A stretch of DNA of 64,000 bases from an uncultured Verrucomicrobiota bacterium (GTDB taxonomy: Bacteria > Verrucomicrobiota > Verrucomicrobiia > Limisphaerales > CAIQOK01): positions 1,486 to 65,485 of the forward strand of contig CAIQOK010000121.1 of the NCBI GenBank assembly GCA_903873415.1. Direction: 5' to 3'. Made by a program: the position numbers and the translations under genes. How positions within the stretch are numbered: position 1 is the first letter of the stretch; each line of letters opens with the position of its first letter. The notes below the pieces were generated by a model, which ran no database searches, was not told the origin of the DNA, and saw only the letters and a list, made by a program, of their open reading frames with translations. Shown piece after piece: positions 19,050 through 29,393 of the stretch.

Positions 19050-20540
19050 TTAAACAGGGGTCAGGGCCTGCTTGACTGCGGAGAGCAGATCCTGACTTGT
19101 AAAAGGTTTTTGAAGAAAGCCGATGTTTTCGCCCTGACCCATGGGCCGTACGAAGCCACTCATGCAGATCACCCGGATGCTGGGAGAGAGTTTGCAAACC
19201 TCATCGGCCAGTTCCCGGCCGCTCATGGACGGCATAACCAGATCGGTTAGCAGCAGGTCTGGCGGGGTCTGTTCCTGTGAAATGATTTCCAGAGCCTTTT
19301 GGCCGCTGGCGGCGGTCAGAACCCGGTAACCATAGGCGGTGAGCACTGTTCGCCCCATGGTAAGCAACAACTCCTCGTCATCGACAATCAGCACGGTTTC
19401 ATGGCCTTTGAGATTGTCGGTGCGCGGGGTGGATTCCCGGGCAAAGGTTTTCTCGGCGGGCAGGTAAACCCTCACCGAGGTGCCGCCGCCCGGCTGGCTG
19501 GAGATGGCGACGCCGCCGGCATGGTTGGTGATGATGCCGTAGACCAAGGCCAGGCCCAGTCCCCGGTGATTGCCTCGTTGCTTGGTGGTGAAGAAAGGCT
19601 CGAACACGCGAGGCATTAGATCGGGCGGGATACCGCAGCCTGTATCACTGATCTCCACGCAAACATAGTTGCCGGTGGCCAGCCGCAGGTTGCGGTCCTG
19701 GGCATCCTCGGTCAGTTCGAGATTCCGGGTTTGGATGGTAATACGGCCCGGGCCGGTGAGGGACTCGAAGGCGTTTTCAAGAAGCTTGACCAAAGCCTGT
19801 TGCATTTTAGCCTCGTCAAACCGGACGGCAAACAACTGGCGGCCGGGTTCCAGACGCCATTCGGCTTTGCCACCGCAGGAGTTTTGGAGAAGCGCCACCG
19901 CGCTTTGAACCACGGTGTTCAAATTTCCGGCACCCGGACCGCGGGGAGCACTATCCACCCGGCTGAAGGCGGCAAGGTCGTTGGCGGTTTCCGCTGCGCG
20001 ATGAGCCGATTTCTCCACCTCCACCAGCGAGTGACGCCAGGGATGATCGGGTGACACTTGGCTCAGAAGCAGCGAGGTGTGTCCCAAAATGCCCGTCAGC
20101 GCGTTGTTGAAATCCAGGGACACGGTCCGGGCCAGTTGCAGGGCGCAATCGAGTTTCTGTTTCTGGGCGAGGTTGAATTCCGATCCGGACTTGCCATTTG
20201 TCGCCGGAACGGCCTCCGGCAAGACTTGCAGTAGGAAAAACTTGAGGCCCTCGCGCTGGAAGATGCAGATCGACACCGGGAAGTCGGCCAGGTTACCCTT
20301 GACGGTCTTGAGTTTGAGGGAGATGCGGCTGGACGGAGACCTTTCCCACTGCGCAAGAAAGTCCCGGGAGCTCAGGGGGGAGTCCACCGGCCAAAGAGAC
20401 GCCAGCGGAACCGGTCCGCTGCCTGTCAGGGCGAAGGTCTCACTCGCCGCCGGGTTGGAGCTCAGGATGGTGCCTGAGCTGTCCAGCAGCAGCGCCGGCC
20501 AGCCCGCATTTCCAAAAACGAAAATCTCATCTGCGTTCAT
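19050..20540 (-). CDS. Hybrid sensor histidine kinase/response regulator (PAS-like, HisKA, HATPase_c, REC)
   Basis: H-box FNNALTGILGHTSLL; G-boxes DTGCGIPPD and GLGLALVYG; C-terminal receiver VLIVDDEELL...LLLTDLVMPSMSGRELA...FLQKPF. ATG 20540 is preferred over the track's TTG at 20561. Confidence 0.9.
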   Translation of the reverse strand: MNADEIFVFGNAGWPALLLDSSGTILSSNPAASETFALTGSGPVPLASLWPVDSPLSSRDFLAQWERSPSSRISLKLKTVKGNLADFPVSICIFQREGLKFFLLQVLPEAVPATNGKSGSEFNLAQKQKLDCALQLARTVSLDFNNALTGILGHTSLLLSQVSPDHPWRHSLVEVEKSAHRAAETANDLAAFSRVDSAPRGPGAGNLNTVVQSAVALLQNSCGGKAEWRLEPGRQLFAVRFDEAKMQQALVKLLENAFESLTGPGRITIQTRNLELTEDAQDRNLRLATGNYVCVEISDTGCGIPPDLMPRVFEPFFTTKQRGNHRGLGLALVYGIITNHAGGVAISSQPGGGTSVRVYLPAEKTFARESTPRTDNLKGHETVLIVDDEELLLTMGRTVLTAYGYRVLTAASGQKALEIISQEQTPPDLLLTDLVMPSMSGRELADEVCKLSPSIRVICMSGFVRPMGQGENIGFLQKPFTSQDLLSAVKQALTPV

Positions 20541-20858
20541 TGCCAATATACCGCCCCGCAAACTAAGGGTTCAGCGGCCTTTCTCAATGGAATTCTTTCA
20601 CGCTCCGCTCCGACTTGCCGTTCCATGCAGTTGACCAAACGCCAACCCGATCGGAGCCGTCGATAAAAATCCAGCGTTTACTTGACTCTGTGTTAAGCCT
20701 GCAATCAAACCTGATTGCGGGCGGAGATTTCGGGAGGGGGTCCGAGAATTACGGCCGTTTGTGCCGCATGCTTGCGCTCGGTATCGGAGGCTGTCAGAGC
20801 TGAACCGTGACCCGCCAAAGCCGGGTGTTTGAGATTGTTTGTTTTTTAAAAAGGCAGC

Positions 20859-20886
20859 AAAAAGCCCGAAGGAAAATCCTTCGGGC
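20859..20886 (-). terminator. Rho-independent terminator (minus strand) after the first prepilin-like gene
   Basis: Stem gcccgaagg/ccttcgggc with loop aaaat, followed by a U-run on the minus strand (A-run 20859-20863). Confidence 0.7.
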
Positions 20887-20915
20887 TTTCGAGAAGTCGG
20901 TGCCGCTAACAGAGT

Positions 20916-21311
20916 TCAGGGCAAAACGTGGGCATTGACCGACAAGGATCCGGCGATTTTGCAGACAGGTGTGGTAATCAGGCTGCCCACAGTATAGCTG
21001 CTGGCGAAAGCCTTGAGGGAGTCCTGAGGACAGAAACAGTCACTCAAGGAGCCGTTGCTGCCGCGGCCGATGTACGACTGCACATTGGCGGAAGTTGGCG
21101 AGGAAGAGGGTTTCTGGTTGGTCTCCAAGGCCCACTGTTGTTTGGCGGCGTCAATCTGGCGCAGGTTGTTGATGCAGGCATTCTGCTGGGCGCTGGTGCG
21201 AGCCTTCACGAAATTCGGGATGGCGATGGCAGCCAGAAGGCCGATGATGGCCACGACGATCATGATTTCGACCAGGGTGAATCCGGCTTTGCGGGATGTT
21301 TTGATTTTCAT
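20916..21311 (-). CDS. Prepilin-type N-terminal cleavage/methylation domain protein (type II secretion/pseudopilin-like)
   Basis: MKIKTSRKAGFTLVEIMIVVAIIGLLAAIAIPNF is the class III signal (G|FTLVE). NACINNLRQIDAAKQQWALE is typical of the PVC-group paralog family. Confidence 0.9.
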   Translation of the reverse strand: MKIKTSRKAGFTLVEIMIVVAIIGLLAAIAIPNFVKARTSAQQNACINNLRQIDAAKQQWALETNQKPSSSPTSANVQSYIGRGSNGSLSDCFCPQDSLKAFASSYTVGSLITTPVCKIAGSLSVNAHVLP

Positions 21312-21553
21312 ATCTGTTTTTCTTTTCGTTTTTACTGCGCGTGAACTTTGCAGCAGTTTTTTATTAGTTCATTGTGCGTTCACGTTCTGCTGATCTGCTG
21401 CGACAACATCACGTTAAAAGCAACCCGCATGCCATCTGGTTTTTTCAATCATTAAAAGGCGGGCAGGGGGGGGACTGTCGCAATTCGGAACTACTACTGT
21501 CTTGCTGTGGGTTTTTCCCGTCCCGAAAATGGATTTCCAGGGGCGGGTTAAAT

Positions 21554-21580
21554 AAAAAGCCCGAAGCACTGGCTCCGGGC
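21554..21580 (-). terminator. Rho-independent terminator (minus strand) after the second prepilin-like gene
   Basis: Stem gcccgaagc/gctccgggc (one mismatch), followed by a U-run on the minus strand (A-run 21554-21558). Confidence 0.6.
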
Positions 21581-21600
21581 TTTCAATCACCCCTGGCCCG

Positions 21601-21984
21601 TTAAGGCAGGATGTGTGAGGATGACTGGATTTGACAAACCGGGGCGGTGGTCAGGTTTCCGATGGTATAACTGGAGGCAAACGATTTAGCGCTGTCTTGG
21701 GGGCAGAAGCATTGGCTCACCGAACCAATGCTGCCACGCCCCAGATAAGCCTGAATGTTGACCGAGGTCGGAGTGACGCTGGGTTTCTGACTGGTCTCCA
21801 GGGCCCATTGTTGTTTGGCGGCATCAATCTGCCTCAGGTTGTTGATACAGGCATTTTTCTGGGCGGTCGTTCGCGCCTGCACGAAGTTAGGAATCGCTAT
21901 GGCAGCCAAAAGGCCGATGATGGCCACAACGATCATGATTTCAACCAGCGTAAAGCCGGCTTTGCGCGGTGTTCGGATTTTCAT
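21601..21984 (-). CDS. Prepilin-type N-terminal cleavage/methylation domain protein, tandem paralog
   Basis: Start at internal ATG 21984 (MKIRTPRKAGFTLVEIMIVVAIIGLLAAIAIPNF). About 75-80% aa identity by eye to 20916-21311, with many synonymous nucleotide differences. Confidence 0.9.
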   Translation of the reverse strand: MKIRTPRKAGFTLVEIMIVVAIIGLLAAIAIPNFVQARTTAQKNACINNLRQIDAAKQQWALETSQKPSVTPTSVNIQAYLGRGSIGSVSQCFCPQDSAKSFASSYTIGNLTTAPVCQIQSSSHILP

Positions 21985-22188
21985 ATGTTTATTTTTTACG
22001 AAGCCTCTGGCTCCTGAGATATCTTCGACCGTTACCACCGGAAGTTTAATTTTTTGCGGGACCTCAGTGAATCTACAAGACGGTCTGGAGTCGACGGCAT
22101 GATCCGACAGGGCGTGTTTTGAATATAACATATATTGTGCGGCGTATATTAGCGCACAAAAAAGAAGGCTCTGACGTGGGTTGCTCGA

Positions 22189-23358
22189 TCAGTGGATCAT
22201 GCAGTTCCATCCGAAGCGTTTTGATATGGGCCAGTAGACCAAGTGGGCCCGACCGATGACGTTCTGCGCCGGAAAATCACCCCAGAACCGCGAATCCAAA
22301 CTGTTCATCGTGTTGTCTCCCATCACCATGAAGTGGTTCTCGGAGATCTTGTAGGTGGCGGTGCCGTCCGGGAAAAAGGCCATATGCTGTCCTGACATTG
22401 TGGAATTGACGTGGCCGGAAAAACGGCTCTCCCGGGGGCCGGTTTCAGGGGGGAATGAATAAACCCTGTCAAAATGGGGTGTGGCTGCATCCAGCCGGTG
22501 CCCATCGACCAACAGATGCCGGTCGTCGGGCACCTGCAACGTTTCACCGCCCAAGCCGACCAGCCGCTTTATATAAAACTCGCCTTGCGGCAATCCCTCA
22601 ATCCCTTTGGTCTCAAACACCACAATTTCGCCGCGCTTGGGTGCGCGGAAGTTGTAGGTAAACCGATCCACGAACAAATGATCCCCGGCGCTGACCCGCA
22701 GATTGATAATGTCCTCGCCCTGGCGGAATTCCTGACCGGGTTGCAGTCCGGCGCGCTGCTCCAGAGTGGCTGTTCCGTAATCTGGCGGGAACCAGAGCGT
22801 ATAGACCTTACCGGCAAAATGAACTTTCTGGTAAATGCTGAAAATCAGCAGGCGGAAGGGTTGCTCGGCACCTTCAAAAACGCCGTCTTGGCCGGCTTTC
22901 AATTGGAGATAGGAGTCGCCAGCAAACCATGAAAGCACCCGGTCCATGCCGGAGGGGATCCCACCCTCGGGGTTGCGTATATAATTCTGGGAATTCACCC
23001 CAAAGAGGGTCGGCTGCATGGAGCCGGTGGGGATCTTGAAAGGCTGAAGAAAAAAGGTGCGGATGCCCATGGCCACGGCTAGAGCAACCAGCAACACCTC
23101 CACATTTTCGCGCCACGCCGAGTAGGGATAGGGCTTGATCCATTTGTTGGCGACTGTTTCCAACGTTGCCATCTGTGTTTCGATCTCTGGTTTCCCCCCC
23201 GAGGCGGCGGCTTGTTTGAGCCCCTGGATCGCTGCGGTCACCTCATTCACAGCCTGAGGTGCCAGCAGGTCGCGCTGATGATCCACCAGTTTTTGAACGT
23301 GTTTGGCCATGGTCAGGGCATGGCGTGCGGTCCGTGAGAAAAGCCAGTTTAAGATCAT
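22189..23358 (-). CDS. lepB: Signal peptidase I (S26 family)
   Basis: Catalytic Ser box IPTGSMQPTL, a Lys box region, and GDNTMNSLDSRFWG. Sits immediately downstream of lepA, the classical lepA-lepB arrangement. Confidence 0.9.
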   Translation of the reverse strand: MILNWLFSRTARHALTMAKHVQKLVDHQRDLLAPQAVNEVTAAIQGLKQAAASGGKPEIETQMATLETVANKWIKPYPYSAWRENVEVLLVALAVAMGIRTFFLQPFKIPTGSMQPTLFGVNSQNYIRNPEGGIPSGMDRVLSWFAGDSYLQLKAGQDGVFEGAEQPFRLLIFSIYQKVHFAGKVYTLWFPPDYGTATLEQRAGLQPGQEFRQGEDIINLRVSAGDHLFVDRFTYNFRAPKRGEIVVFETKGIEGLPQGEFYIKRLVGLGGETLQVPDDRHLLVDGHRLDAATPHFDRVYSFPPETGPRESRFSGHVNSTMSGQHMAFFPDGTATYKISENHFMVMGDNTMNSLDSRFWGDFPAQNVIGRAHLVYWPISKRFGWNCMIH

Positions 23359-23379
23359 AAGATGCGCGCTAAGTGGAAT

Positions 23380-25170
23380 CTATGCCTTGAGCACCTCGAT
23401 GAAGGCCTCTTGGGGAATATTGACGGTTCCAAAGGCCTTCATGCGTTTCTTGCCCTCCTTCTGCTTCTCAAGGAGCTTGCGCTTGCGCGAGATGTCGCCC
23501 CCGTAACACTTGGCTGTCACATCCTTGCGCATGGCGCTCACGGATTCCGATGCGATGACCTTTCCGCCGATCGCCGCCTGGATTTTGACCTGATATTGCT
23601 GATTGGGGATGACCTCTTTGAGCTTGGCTGCCAGAATGCGCCCCCTGCTCTCCGCCTTGGATCGATGCACGATGCAGGAGAACGCGTCCATGGGCTCGGC
23701 GTTGACCAGCATGTCCAGCTTGACCATGTCGGATTCCATGTCGCCGTCGAACTCGTAATCCATGGAGCCGAATCCCCGGGTGATGCTTTTAATCCGGTCG
23801 TGAAAGTCGATGAGAATCTCGTTGAGCGGGAGACGGGTTGTAAGCATCACGCGTCGCACATCGAGGGTTTCCGTGTGATCCACCGCGCCGCGCTTTTCCG
23901 AAATCAAGGACATCAGATCCCCAATGTTTTCGTTGGGGCAGATTACAAACGCTTTGACCATGGGCTCCTCGATCCTCTCAATGTGGCTGGGGTCGGGCAT
24001 GAACACCGGATTGTCCACGAGCTTCACCGTGCCGTCGCTCAGAGTGACCTTGTAGATGACGCTCGGATAAGTGGCGATGATATCCATGCCGTATTCGCGG
24101 CGCAGCCGTTCCTGGACGATTTCCAGATGCAGCAACCCGAGGAAGCCGCAGCGGAATCCGAAGCCCAGCGCGATGGAGCTTTCCGACGAATAGACAAAGG
24201 CCGAGTCGTTGAGCTGCAACTTCCCCATGTTCGCCTTCAGCGCCTCATAGTCGGCGGTGTTGATGGGATAAATCCCGCTGAAAACCATCGGATGGATTTC
24301 CTTGAACCCGGGCAGAACACTCGACGGGTTGCGTGAATCGGTCACCGTGTCGCCCATTTTCACTTCTTTGGGCGACTTGATATTGGCGGTGAAATACCCC
24401 GTCTCGCCGACCTCAAGTTTGTCGCGCGCATAGGGCTTGGGATTGAAGCTGCCGACTTCCTTGACCTCAACGGTCTTGCCGGAGTGGAGCAGCTTGACCA
24501 TCTGGCCGGCCTTGAGTTCGCCGTTGAAAACCCGGACGTGGGTTACAACGCCTTTGTAAGTGTCGAAATACGAGTCGAAACCCAGCGCTTGCAAGGAGGG
24601 TTCGCCCGTTGGTTTGGGTGGTGGAATACGTTCGACCACCGCCTCCAGAATCTCCTCGATACCGATGCCCTGTTTGGCGCTGGCCAACACCGCGGTGTCC
24701 GCCGGAATAGCCAGAATGTCCTCCAGCTGCTGCCGGGCCTGATCGATGTTGGCATGCGGCAAATCGATCTTATTGATGACCGGAATGATCGTCAGGTTCT
24801 GTTTCATCGCCAGATGCACGTTGGCGACTGTTTGAGCCTCAACACCTTGAGCCGCGTCGATGATCAGCAGAGCCCCTTCGCAGGCGCTCAGGCTTCGAGA
24901 GACCTCATAGGAGAAATCCACATGCCCGGGAGTGTCGATGAGGTTCAGCTCGTAGGTCTCGCCGTTTTTGGCCTTGTAGAGCATGGTGACCGGATGCGCC
25001 TTGATGGTGATGCCCCGTTCGCGTTCCAAATCCATGGCGTCGAGCAACTGGTCTGACATGTCGCGCGTGGCAATGGTGCCGGTGCGGTGCAGCAACCGGT
25101 CGGAGAGCGTGGTTTTCCCATGGTCGATATGGGCAATGATGCTGAAATTTCTAATGTGTGCGGCGTCCAT
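23380..25170 (-). CDS. lepA: Translation elongation factor 4 (LepA)
   Basis: IRNFSIIAHIDHGKTTLSDRLL, DTPGHVDF, the NKID motif, and the LepA C-terminal domain. 596 aa. Confidence 0.97.
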   Translation of the reverse strand: MDAAHIRNFSIIAHIDHGKTTLSDRLLHRTGTIATRDMSDQLLDAMDLERERGITIKAHPVTMLYKAKNGETYELNLIDTPGHVDFSYEVSRSLSACEGALLIIDAAQGVEAQTVANVHLAMKQNLTIIPVINKIDLPHANIDQARQQLEDILAIPADTAVLASAKQGIGIEEILEAVVERIPPPKPTGEPSLQALGFDSYFDTYKGVVTHVRVFNGELKAGQMVKLLHSGKTVEVKEVGSFNPKPYARDKLEVGETGYFTANIKSPKEVKMGDTVTDSRNPSSVLPGFKEIHPMVFSGIYPINTADYEALKANMGKLQLNDSAFVYSSESSIALGFGFRCGFLGLLHLEIVQERLRREYGMDIIATYPSVIYKVTLSDGTVKLVDNPVFMPDPSHIERIEEPMVKAFVICPNENIGDLMSLISEKRGAVDHTETLDVRRVMLTTRLPLNEILIDFHDRIKSITRGFGSMDYEFDGDMESDMVKLDMLVNAEPMDAFSCIVHRSKAESRGRILAAKLKEVIPNQQYQVKIQAAIGGKVIASESVSAMRKDVTAKCYGGDISRKRKLLEKQKEGKKRMKAFGTVNIPQEAFIEVLKA

Positions 25171-25282
25171 CTCAATAAATAACTTCTAGTCCCCCAGAAT
25201 AGGAGGATTACCCCTGAAGAAAAGGAAATTTCCTGCGGCCCCGCTCCGGTCCCAATCATGAACGAGCCACCGGCAGACCAAT

Positions 25283-25455
25283 CCGACTTTGTCCGGATCT
25301 GGCTTTGCGGCAGCGCCGGCGCCGCGGATGTGGCTGCCAGTGACTGTTGGCTTTTTTACAGGATTCGGAAGGCATGGCGGGTCAATTGCGCCTCAAAACC
25401 CTCCTCTTGCACGATTGGCTTGGGCTTTCCGTATAGGTGGCGTTACCCCTTGCCT
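25283..25455 (+). repeat. Repeat R3, copy 2
   Basis: See 13720-13907. Lies 113 nt upstream of the lepA start and 83 nt downstream of the response-regulator stop. Confidence 0.8.
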
Positions 25456-25537
25456 CGCCCAAAGTAGCAGCTGACCACCGTGAGCGGGGCGTTTGACGCA
25501 GTTCACACGGCCGGCGGTCCCCTGCCCGGCTCCCTAC

Positions 25538-26164
25538 TCAGCGTTTCAGGAACTTGGCCACCGCTTCAGTACGGGTGCGAACTTGGAGTTTTTCATAGAT
25601 ACGGCGCACGTAGGTATGGACGGTTTCGTAGCTGATCCCGAGCTTTTCGGCGATTTCCTTGTAAAGAAAGCCTTGGGCCAGATGGTCGAGCACCTGCTGC
25701 TCGCGCTCGGAGAGGTTTTCCGTGGGCGGCACCGAGGGAGCGCTTTGCTGGAAAGAGGAGACCACCTTGCGGGCAATATGCGTGGTCATCGGCGAACCAC
25801 CGCGTTGCACCTCGCGAATGGCTTCCAGAAGCTGGGCTTGAGGCGTGCGTTTGAGCATGTAGCCCGTCGCCCCGGCCGCCAGCGCGCTGAAGATGTTCTC
25901 CGTGTCCTCGTAGGCCGTGAGCATCATCACCAGGACTTTGGGCATGACCTGTTTGAGTTGCCTGACGCATTCGATTCCATTGATGCCGGGCAGGTTGATG
26001 TCCATGAGCACCACTTCGGGCTGGTCCCGGGGCAGCCCCTTGAGGGCATCTTCTGCGCTGGGATAGTCGCTGATGAATTGGAAGCCCTCGGCCCGGCTGA
26101 GCACGCGTGCCAGAGTTCCTCGCAGCTTGTCGTTGTCCTCGACGATGGAAACAGTGATGGGCAT
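25538..26164 (-). CDS. NarL/FixJ-family response regulator (REC + LuxR-type HTH)
   Basis: VSIVEDNDKLR...VVLMDINLPGINGIE for the receiver. C-terminal LSEREQQVLDHLAQGFLYKEIAEKLGISYETVHTYVRRIYEKL for the HTH. Confidence 0.93.
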   Translation of the reverse strand: MPITVSIVEDNDKLRGTLARVLSRAEGFQFISDYPSAEDALKGLPRDQPEVVLMDINLPGINGIECVRQLKQVMPKVLVMMLTAYEDTENIFSALAAGATGYMLKRTPQAQLLEAIREVQRGGSPMTTHIARKVVSSFQQSAPSVPPTENLSEREQQVLDHLAQGFLYKEIAEKLGISYETVHTYVRRIYEKLQVRTRTEAVAKFLKR

Positions 26165-26173
26165 AAGATGTGT

Positions 26174-29170
26174 TTAAGGGGAGTGAATGGGAATGGTTAG
26201 TCGGACAAGGGTCCCCTGCCCCGCGCCGGGAGTGACCTCGAAGTTGCCGCCGATTTCTTCAAGCCGTTTGCGCATATTGCGCAAGCCGTTGCGGCCTTTT
26301 TGTTCGGCCCCGGGACTCATTCCGCGGCCGTTATCCTCGATCTCAAGGATGCAGCGATACGCTTCCATCCGTAGCCGGATCCAGGCCGAATCGGCTTGGG
26401 CATGTTTGACGACATTGTTCACGGATTCCTTGAAGGCAAGGAAGACGTTGTGGCGCACCTCGGGGGCCAGGGTCAGGGAGGGCAATTGTGGCGGCAGCTC
26501 CAGCCGGTAGCGGATGTCGGCTAGGGCTAAAAACTCCTGGGCGTACTTACAGGCGTAATTCACGAGCCCTTCCAGAGTGTCGTTCAAGGGATTAACGGCC
26601 CACACAATCTCATCAAGCGCCCCGCTTGTCTCCCGGGCGGTCTGGGAAATCTGACGCGCATGGTCTTCCACGTCGGCGGGCGAATCTTTGTCGCTCTGGG
26701 CCAACTCACCCAGCAGGGCCACCTGCGTGAGGTTGGCTCCGAGCTGATCATGCAGGTCGCGGGCGATGCGGGCCCGCTCCGACTCCAGCATTTCCTGCTG
26801 CTTGAGCAACTGCAACTGGCGCTGCAGCCGCTGGGTGGAGAGCAGGTAGACCGTGGCGACCACCCCGGCCAGCAGGGCGGCAATGACGCCCCCACGGAAC
26901 GCTGTAGTCTGCCAGAAGGCCGGCAGCACCGTGACGCGCAGCGAGGTGGATGACTCGCTCCAAACGCCGTCTTCGTTGCAGGCCCGCACATGGAAGTCAT
27001 AGCGGTCAGGCGGCAATTTGGGAAAGGAGGCCACACGACGGTTGCTGGCCTTGGGCCATGCAGATTCAAATCCCTCCAAGCGGTAGCGGAAAAGAGCCCG
27101 CTCCGGTGCCGAAAGGTTGAGGGCCGAGTAGCGAATCTCAAGGTGCTCCTTCCCGGGGGGCACGCTCACGCCTGAAATGGAGCCTGGGCAAAGTTGGTTG
27201 GTCAGCAGCTCCTCGTTTTCAAGCAGGACTGACTCGATCATGACTGGAGGGGGGTTGGTGTTGGGCCTGAGCTGGGCCGGGTTCACAGAGACCAGTCCCT
27301 TGATTGTGGGAAACCAAAGACTCCCATCCTTGGTCCGGCAGGCTGCGGGCTGGGAACCTTGGCTACATTCGCTGGTGGGCAGTCCGTCAGCCCCGTTAAA
27401 GACCCGGCACGGCAGGGGCTCCACCCTGGCCTGCGCCAAGCGGTTCAAATTATTTTTCGAGACCTTCATCAAACCGGCGTTCGAACCGATCCACAGATTG
27501 TCCTGGCCGTCCTCTAACAGATAATCAATCCCGTTGCTGGCAAGGCCGTCGCCGGTGGTGTAGACGGTCCATTGCCCCTTGCAAAAACACACCAGCCCGC
27601 TGCTGGTTCCAATCCACAGGCACCCCTTGTCATCCATTAGCAGCGCGGAGATTTCATCGCAGGGCAGTCCCCGGGGTTGTTTGCGATAGGTTGTGAACTT
27701 TCCGTCGCGCAGGCGGTTGAGTCCCCCTTGCTCCGTGCCGATCCACAGGCTGCCTTGGGCATCCTCGGCAATGGCCTGGACACTGTCGGCTGAGAGGCCC
27801 TGGCGTGTCGTGTAGAGTTGCGGAGTTGGGCCCCAGCCAACCAGTCCCCGTTGCGTTCCCAGCCAAAGCCGTCCGTTATGATCCTGAAAGATCGCGGTAA
27901 TTGAGCCAAACCCCTCGGACCCGGCGAAGCGCTTGAAGGCCGCCCCCTCTTTCACATAGAGCCCGCCTAGAGTTGTTCCGACCCAGACGGTGTTGTCCCG
28001 GTCGACAAAGACCGAGCGCACGTAAGGATTCTGGCGGCCGGGTTCCAGATCAAATTGGCTGAGGACACCGGATTGAAGATGGTTTAGCTTGCCCCCGAAA
28101 ACCCCGAACCATACCCCCCCTTGGCCGTCATCGCAAACCGATGTCAGGGTCAACCCTAGGGATCCTTCGGCGACCTGAAAGGTCTTTTTCTTGAGGCGGT
28201 TCAAACCGCCGCCGTCCGTCCCGGCCCACACATTCCCCTCGCGGTCAACGCAGACTGAGAGCACCGTGTTGTGCGAAAGCCCCTCAGATGTGGAGATCCG
28301 GATGGCCTTGCCCAGAGCATCGTAACAGAACAAACCCGCATCCTGAGTGCCCACAATCAGATTCCCCTCCAGATCTTCGCAGGCGCATTTGACCTGCCCT
28401 TCCCCCCAAGGATAAGGGCCAAGATCCCGCTCCAACTCAGGTCCTTTCCATTTGCCGATGCGGCCGTCTGCCATCCGCCAATATCCGCCGGAACGGCTGG
28501 CAAGCAGGAAATCCAGATGTTTTACCGGCAGGGTCTCTTGGACCACCAGCGCGCCCAGTCCCGCCTGAGTTGAGAGTCCCAGCAAACTGCCGCCGGTCCC
28601 AAGCCAGAGCATGCCCGAACTCTCACTCATCACCGGCCGGAATCGGCCATTAATGCTTTCCAAGCGGTTGCTCGCATAGCGGGCCAATTCGCCATCCGCC
28701 GTGTTTAACCAGACAACGCCATTGGTATCCTCACACGTAAATCCCAGCACGCCCCCCCGCCGCCCGGTCCCCAGGTCCAGATGCCGGAAGCCCCCGCTCT
28801 TATCAATCACCGTGATGCCGGCCGGATCGGTGCCGATCCAGAGGTTTTGCCGGCTATCTTCAAAGATGTGCACCACTTTGCGCCCGCCCAATTCGGGGTT
28901 GCTGACTTCGTCAAAAACCGTGAAACGCAGGCCGTCAAAACGCACCAGGCCATTGAGCGTGCCTAGCCATAAATAGCCCTGACGGCTTTGGATAATGGAG
29001 ATGACCGAGCTTTGGGGCAGTCTGGCCTCCTCCGTGCCTTCGGTGCCCCAAAATCTCAAGCTGTAGGGAAATCCCCCGGTGTTGACACCCGCGGCCAAGC
29101 CGAACAGGTTGTCACCCCAGCCGCTTAAAAGCAGGGCGGCAAGAAATCGGGCTATCCACGTCGTGGGCAT
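26174..29170 (-). CDS. Sensor histidine kinase with periplasmic two-component-regulator beta-propeller repeats and Y_Y_Y domain, HisKA_3 + HATPase_c
   Basis: Many LW[IL]GT..GL propeller repeats, then one TM segment (GGVIAALLAGVVATVYLL), then ARDLHDQLGANLT (HisKA_3 H-box), then DNGRGM...GLRNMRKR. ATG 29170 is preferred; the track's TTG at 29245 is the alternative. Confidence 0.9.
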   Translation of the reverse strand: MPTTWIARFLAALLLSGWGDNLFGLAAGVNTGGFPYSLRFWGTEGTEEARLPQSSVISIIQSRQGYLWLGTLNGLVRFDGLRFTVFDEVSNPELGGRKVVHIFEDSRQNLWIGTDPAGITVIDKSGGFRHLDLGTGRRGGVLGFTCEDTNGVVWLNTADGELARYASNRLESINGRFRPVMSESSGMLWLGTGGSLLGLSTQAGLGALVVQETLPVKHLDFLLASRSGGYWRMADGRIGKWKGPELERDLGPYPWGEGQVKCACEDLEGNLIVGTQDAGLFCYDALGKAIRISTSEGLSHNTVLSVCVDREGNVWAGTDGGGLNRLKKKTFQVAEGSLGLTLTSVCDDGQGGVWFGVFGGKLNHLQSGVLSQFDLEPGRQNPYVRSVFVDRDNTVWVGTTLGGLYVKEGAAFKRFAGSEGFGSITAIFQDHNGRLWLGTQRGLVGWGPTPQLYTTRQGLSADSVQAIAEDAQGSLWIGTEQGGLNRLRDGKFTTYRKQPRGLPCDEISALLMDDKGCLWIGTSSGLVCFCKGQWTVYTTGDGLASNGIDYLLEDGQDNLWIGSNAGLMKVSKNNLNRLAQARVEPLPCRVFNGADGLPTSECSQGSQPAACRTKDGSLWFPTIKGLVSVNPAQLRPNTNPPPVMIESVLLENEELLTNQLCPGSISGVSVPPGKEHLEIRYSALNLSAPERALFRYRLEGFESAWPKASNRRVASFPKLPPDRYDFHVRACNEDGVWSESSTSLRVTVLPAFWQTTAFRGGVIAALLAGVVATVYLLSTQRLQRQLQLLKQQEMLESERARIARDLHDQLGANLTQVALLGELAQSDKDSPADVEDHARQISQTARETSGALDEIVWAVNPLNDTLEGLVNYACKYAQEFLALADIRYRLELPPQLPSLTLAPEVRHNVFLAFKESVNNVVKHAQADSAWIRLRMEAYRCILEIEDNGRGMSPGAEQKGRNGLRNMRKRLEEIGGNFEVTPGAGQGTLVRLTIPIHSP

Positions 29171-29393
29171 GCGGAGATTCTTCAGTGGAAATCGGCTGCT
29201 TGTAAAGCGTTTGGTGTCCACGCCCTCCTTACTCCGAAGGGGCAATGCTCAAAATTGAGTGAATCGAAACGCCGGGGGCTGCAAAACCCCGACCACTCAA
29301 AAGCATTCCCCGCCACAGGCCCGATGACTCTCCGGCATCACCTGCGATTCAGGCCTCGAGTCCATCCCCAAAACCTCGCAGCGCTTGCCAGGT

